Shown here: positions 62,808-64,000 of the stretch, piece after piece
Layout of the letters: every line of letters starts with the position of its first letter
Position numbering within the stretch: position 1 is the first letter of the stretch
Assembly (NCBI GenBank): GCA_963667175.2
Contig: CAXXXF010000002.1
Span: 224,001-288,000 of the forward strand
Length of the DNA: 64,000 bases
Source: Candidatus Latescibacterota bacterium
Lineage (GTDB): Bacteria; Latescibacterota; UBA2968; GCA-2709665
Reading direction: 5' to 3'
The notes under the pieces: generated by a model
The model's database searches: none
What the model was told of the DNA's origin: nothing
What the model saw: the letters and a program-made list of their open reading frames with translations, nothing else
Position numbers and translations under genes: made by a program

Positions 62808-63429
62808 TTCGGTGTTGGAAATGGCGCAGGACAATCTTTCCGCTGATTCTGTACGCCGGTTAGAGAGACGTTTGGCGGATCGAATCGTCATTAGCGCACT
62901 ATGTGCGCTCCGGTGTTCCAAGGACATAACCCAAGAGCAACTGGCGAAGAAGATGGGTATGTCAAAAAAGGAAATTGCGGCATTGGAGGATGGCACTGAC
63001 CATCGAATAAGCGTACCTCTTCTTTTCAAACACGCAAGTGCCCTGGGCATGAACGTCGCGATTATCCTGGATACCGATAAAACAGATTCAACAGAAACTG
63101 TGGCAACACATGCCATTAAGCAACGTGTGTTTGAAATTCGCGACTACCTTGATAAGTTAGCTGATCTGGTACAGGGAGATAAGGCAATTCATACAGGAGT
63201 GAATTCCTTCTATAAAGATTACCTGTATAATATCCTACGACTTTTCCTATATAGTTTCAATAATCTTCAGGGACAAACACCAGATCAGAAAGACATGGCC
63301 AAAATTGTCGATTTTATCGATGAACTTACAACTGATACAGTCGAGGATGATACAGAAGGAATTGAGACAAAAGAACCGATTGTCGTAGCGCCTCAAAAAT
63401 CATACGGCAATGTGTCGGCTGTGACTTAA
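62791..63429 (+). CDS. XRE-family HTH protein
   Basis: LR....ITQEQLAKKMGMSKKEIAALEDG. Confidence 0.75.
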   Translation: MAAPYNSVLEMAQDNLSADSVRRLERRLADRIVISALCALRCSKDITQEQLAKKMGMSKKEIAALEDGTDHRISVPLLFKHASALGMNVAIILDTDKTDSTETVATHAIKQRVFEIRDYLDKLADLVQGDKAIHTGVNSFYKDYLYNILRLFLYSFNNLQGQTPDQKDMAKIVDFIDELTTDTVEDDTEGIETKEPIVVAPQKSYGNVSAVT

Positions 63430-63632
63430 ATCGATAGCCAAGAGCACATTACGACGTATGCAGCCCTTGTTCTGTCGAAATTTACTTTCATCAGAATAAG
63501 GGTTATTTTCTGCTTGGGAATAAACTTTCCCCTATTCACGCTCTCCAATCCCCTGACGATTACCCCTATTTTGACTTCCAATCAAACCGTGGCTCTTCAA
63601 AGCCGAATTGAATCCGGGGAGGCAGGGAAACC

Positions 63633-64000
63633 ATGAAAATCGTCTTCAGTCGCAAGGGATTTGACTCTGCGAACGGCGGCGTGCCCAGTCCCATTTTCCC
63701 GGACGGTACCGCCTTGTCTCTACCCATTCCGGGTAAGAGAAGTCCGACGCGCTTCAGGGAGGTAATGTGGCGTGGCGAATCTATCGGACCGATTGTGGAA
63801 AGTTTGACCAACCGTGAGAGTTCGACCAACCGTCGAATCAAGGAAGGGGATGGGTGCCATCTCGACCCCGATCTGAACGCCGATGCCCTTGCGCGCTTGC
63901 CCGGATGGAGGCCGGCCTTCGGGCAGTCAGGGGCCGCTCAGCGCCATCTTGACAACCAGCGTGTTAGGCGCGACGACCTCTTTCTGTTCTTCGGCTGGTT
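63633..64000 (+). CDS. Nmad3-like protein (runs off the window)
   Basis: MKIVFSRKGFDSANGGVPSPIFPDG...CHLDPD; upstream 45 nt nearly identical to those of the 57405 copy. Confidence 0.8.
   Translation, partial: MKIVFSRKGFDSANGGVPSPIFPDGTALSLPIPGKRSPTRFREVMWRGESIGPIVESLTNRESSTNRRIKEGDGCHLDPDLNADALARLPGWRPAFGQSGAAQRHLDNQRVRRDDLFLFFGW

Noticed and set aside
46962-64000. Classical integron
   Set aside because: No IntI tyrosine recombinase in the window, and I could not identify RYYYAAC...GTTRRRY attC sites; many boundaries are CRISPR-like or REP-like instead.

Overview
GC-rich bacterial window in three parts. (1) 1-29 kb is housekeeping and envelope genes: a C25 gingipain/PorU-like protein, an Nramp transporter, a TPR protein, enolase, a PorV-like barrel, M6-like and other metalloproteases, an S41 protease and an ABC transporter. 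The content suggests an FCB-group lineage such as Latescibacterota (inference). (2) 30-47 kb holds an Rpn-like gene, a repeat-rich non-coding tract, a head-to-tail dimer of a 1650-bp IS110 element with a candidate bridge RNA, and a complete Myxococcus/cyanobacterial-like type I-B (I-MYXAN) CRISPR-Cas locus with 29 repeats and 28 spacers. (3) In 47-56 kb, + strand genes enriched in modified-base and abasic-site functions (UDG-like x3, Nmad3, EEP, SRAP, NucS-like, Mrr-like fragment) are separated by solitary or degenerate CRISPR repeats of at least four sequence families, and gene+repeat units are duplicated like cassettes. This is the most unusual feature. More Nmad3 copies and toxin-antitoxin modules follow to 64 kb. 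All product calls come from motif recognition; no database search was run.
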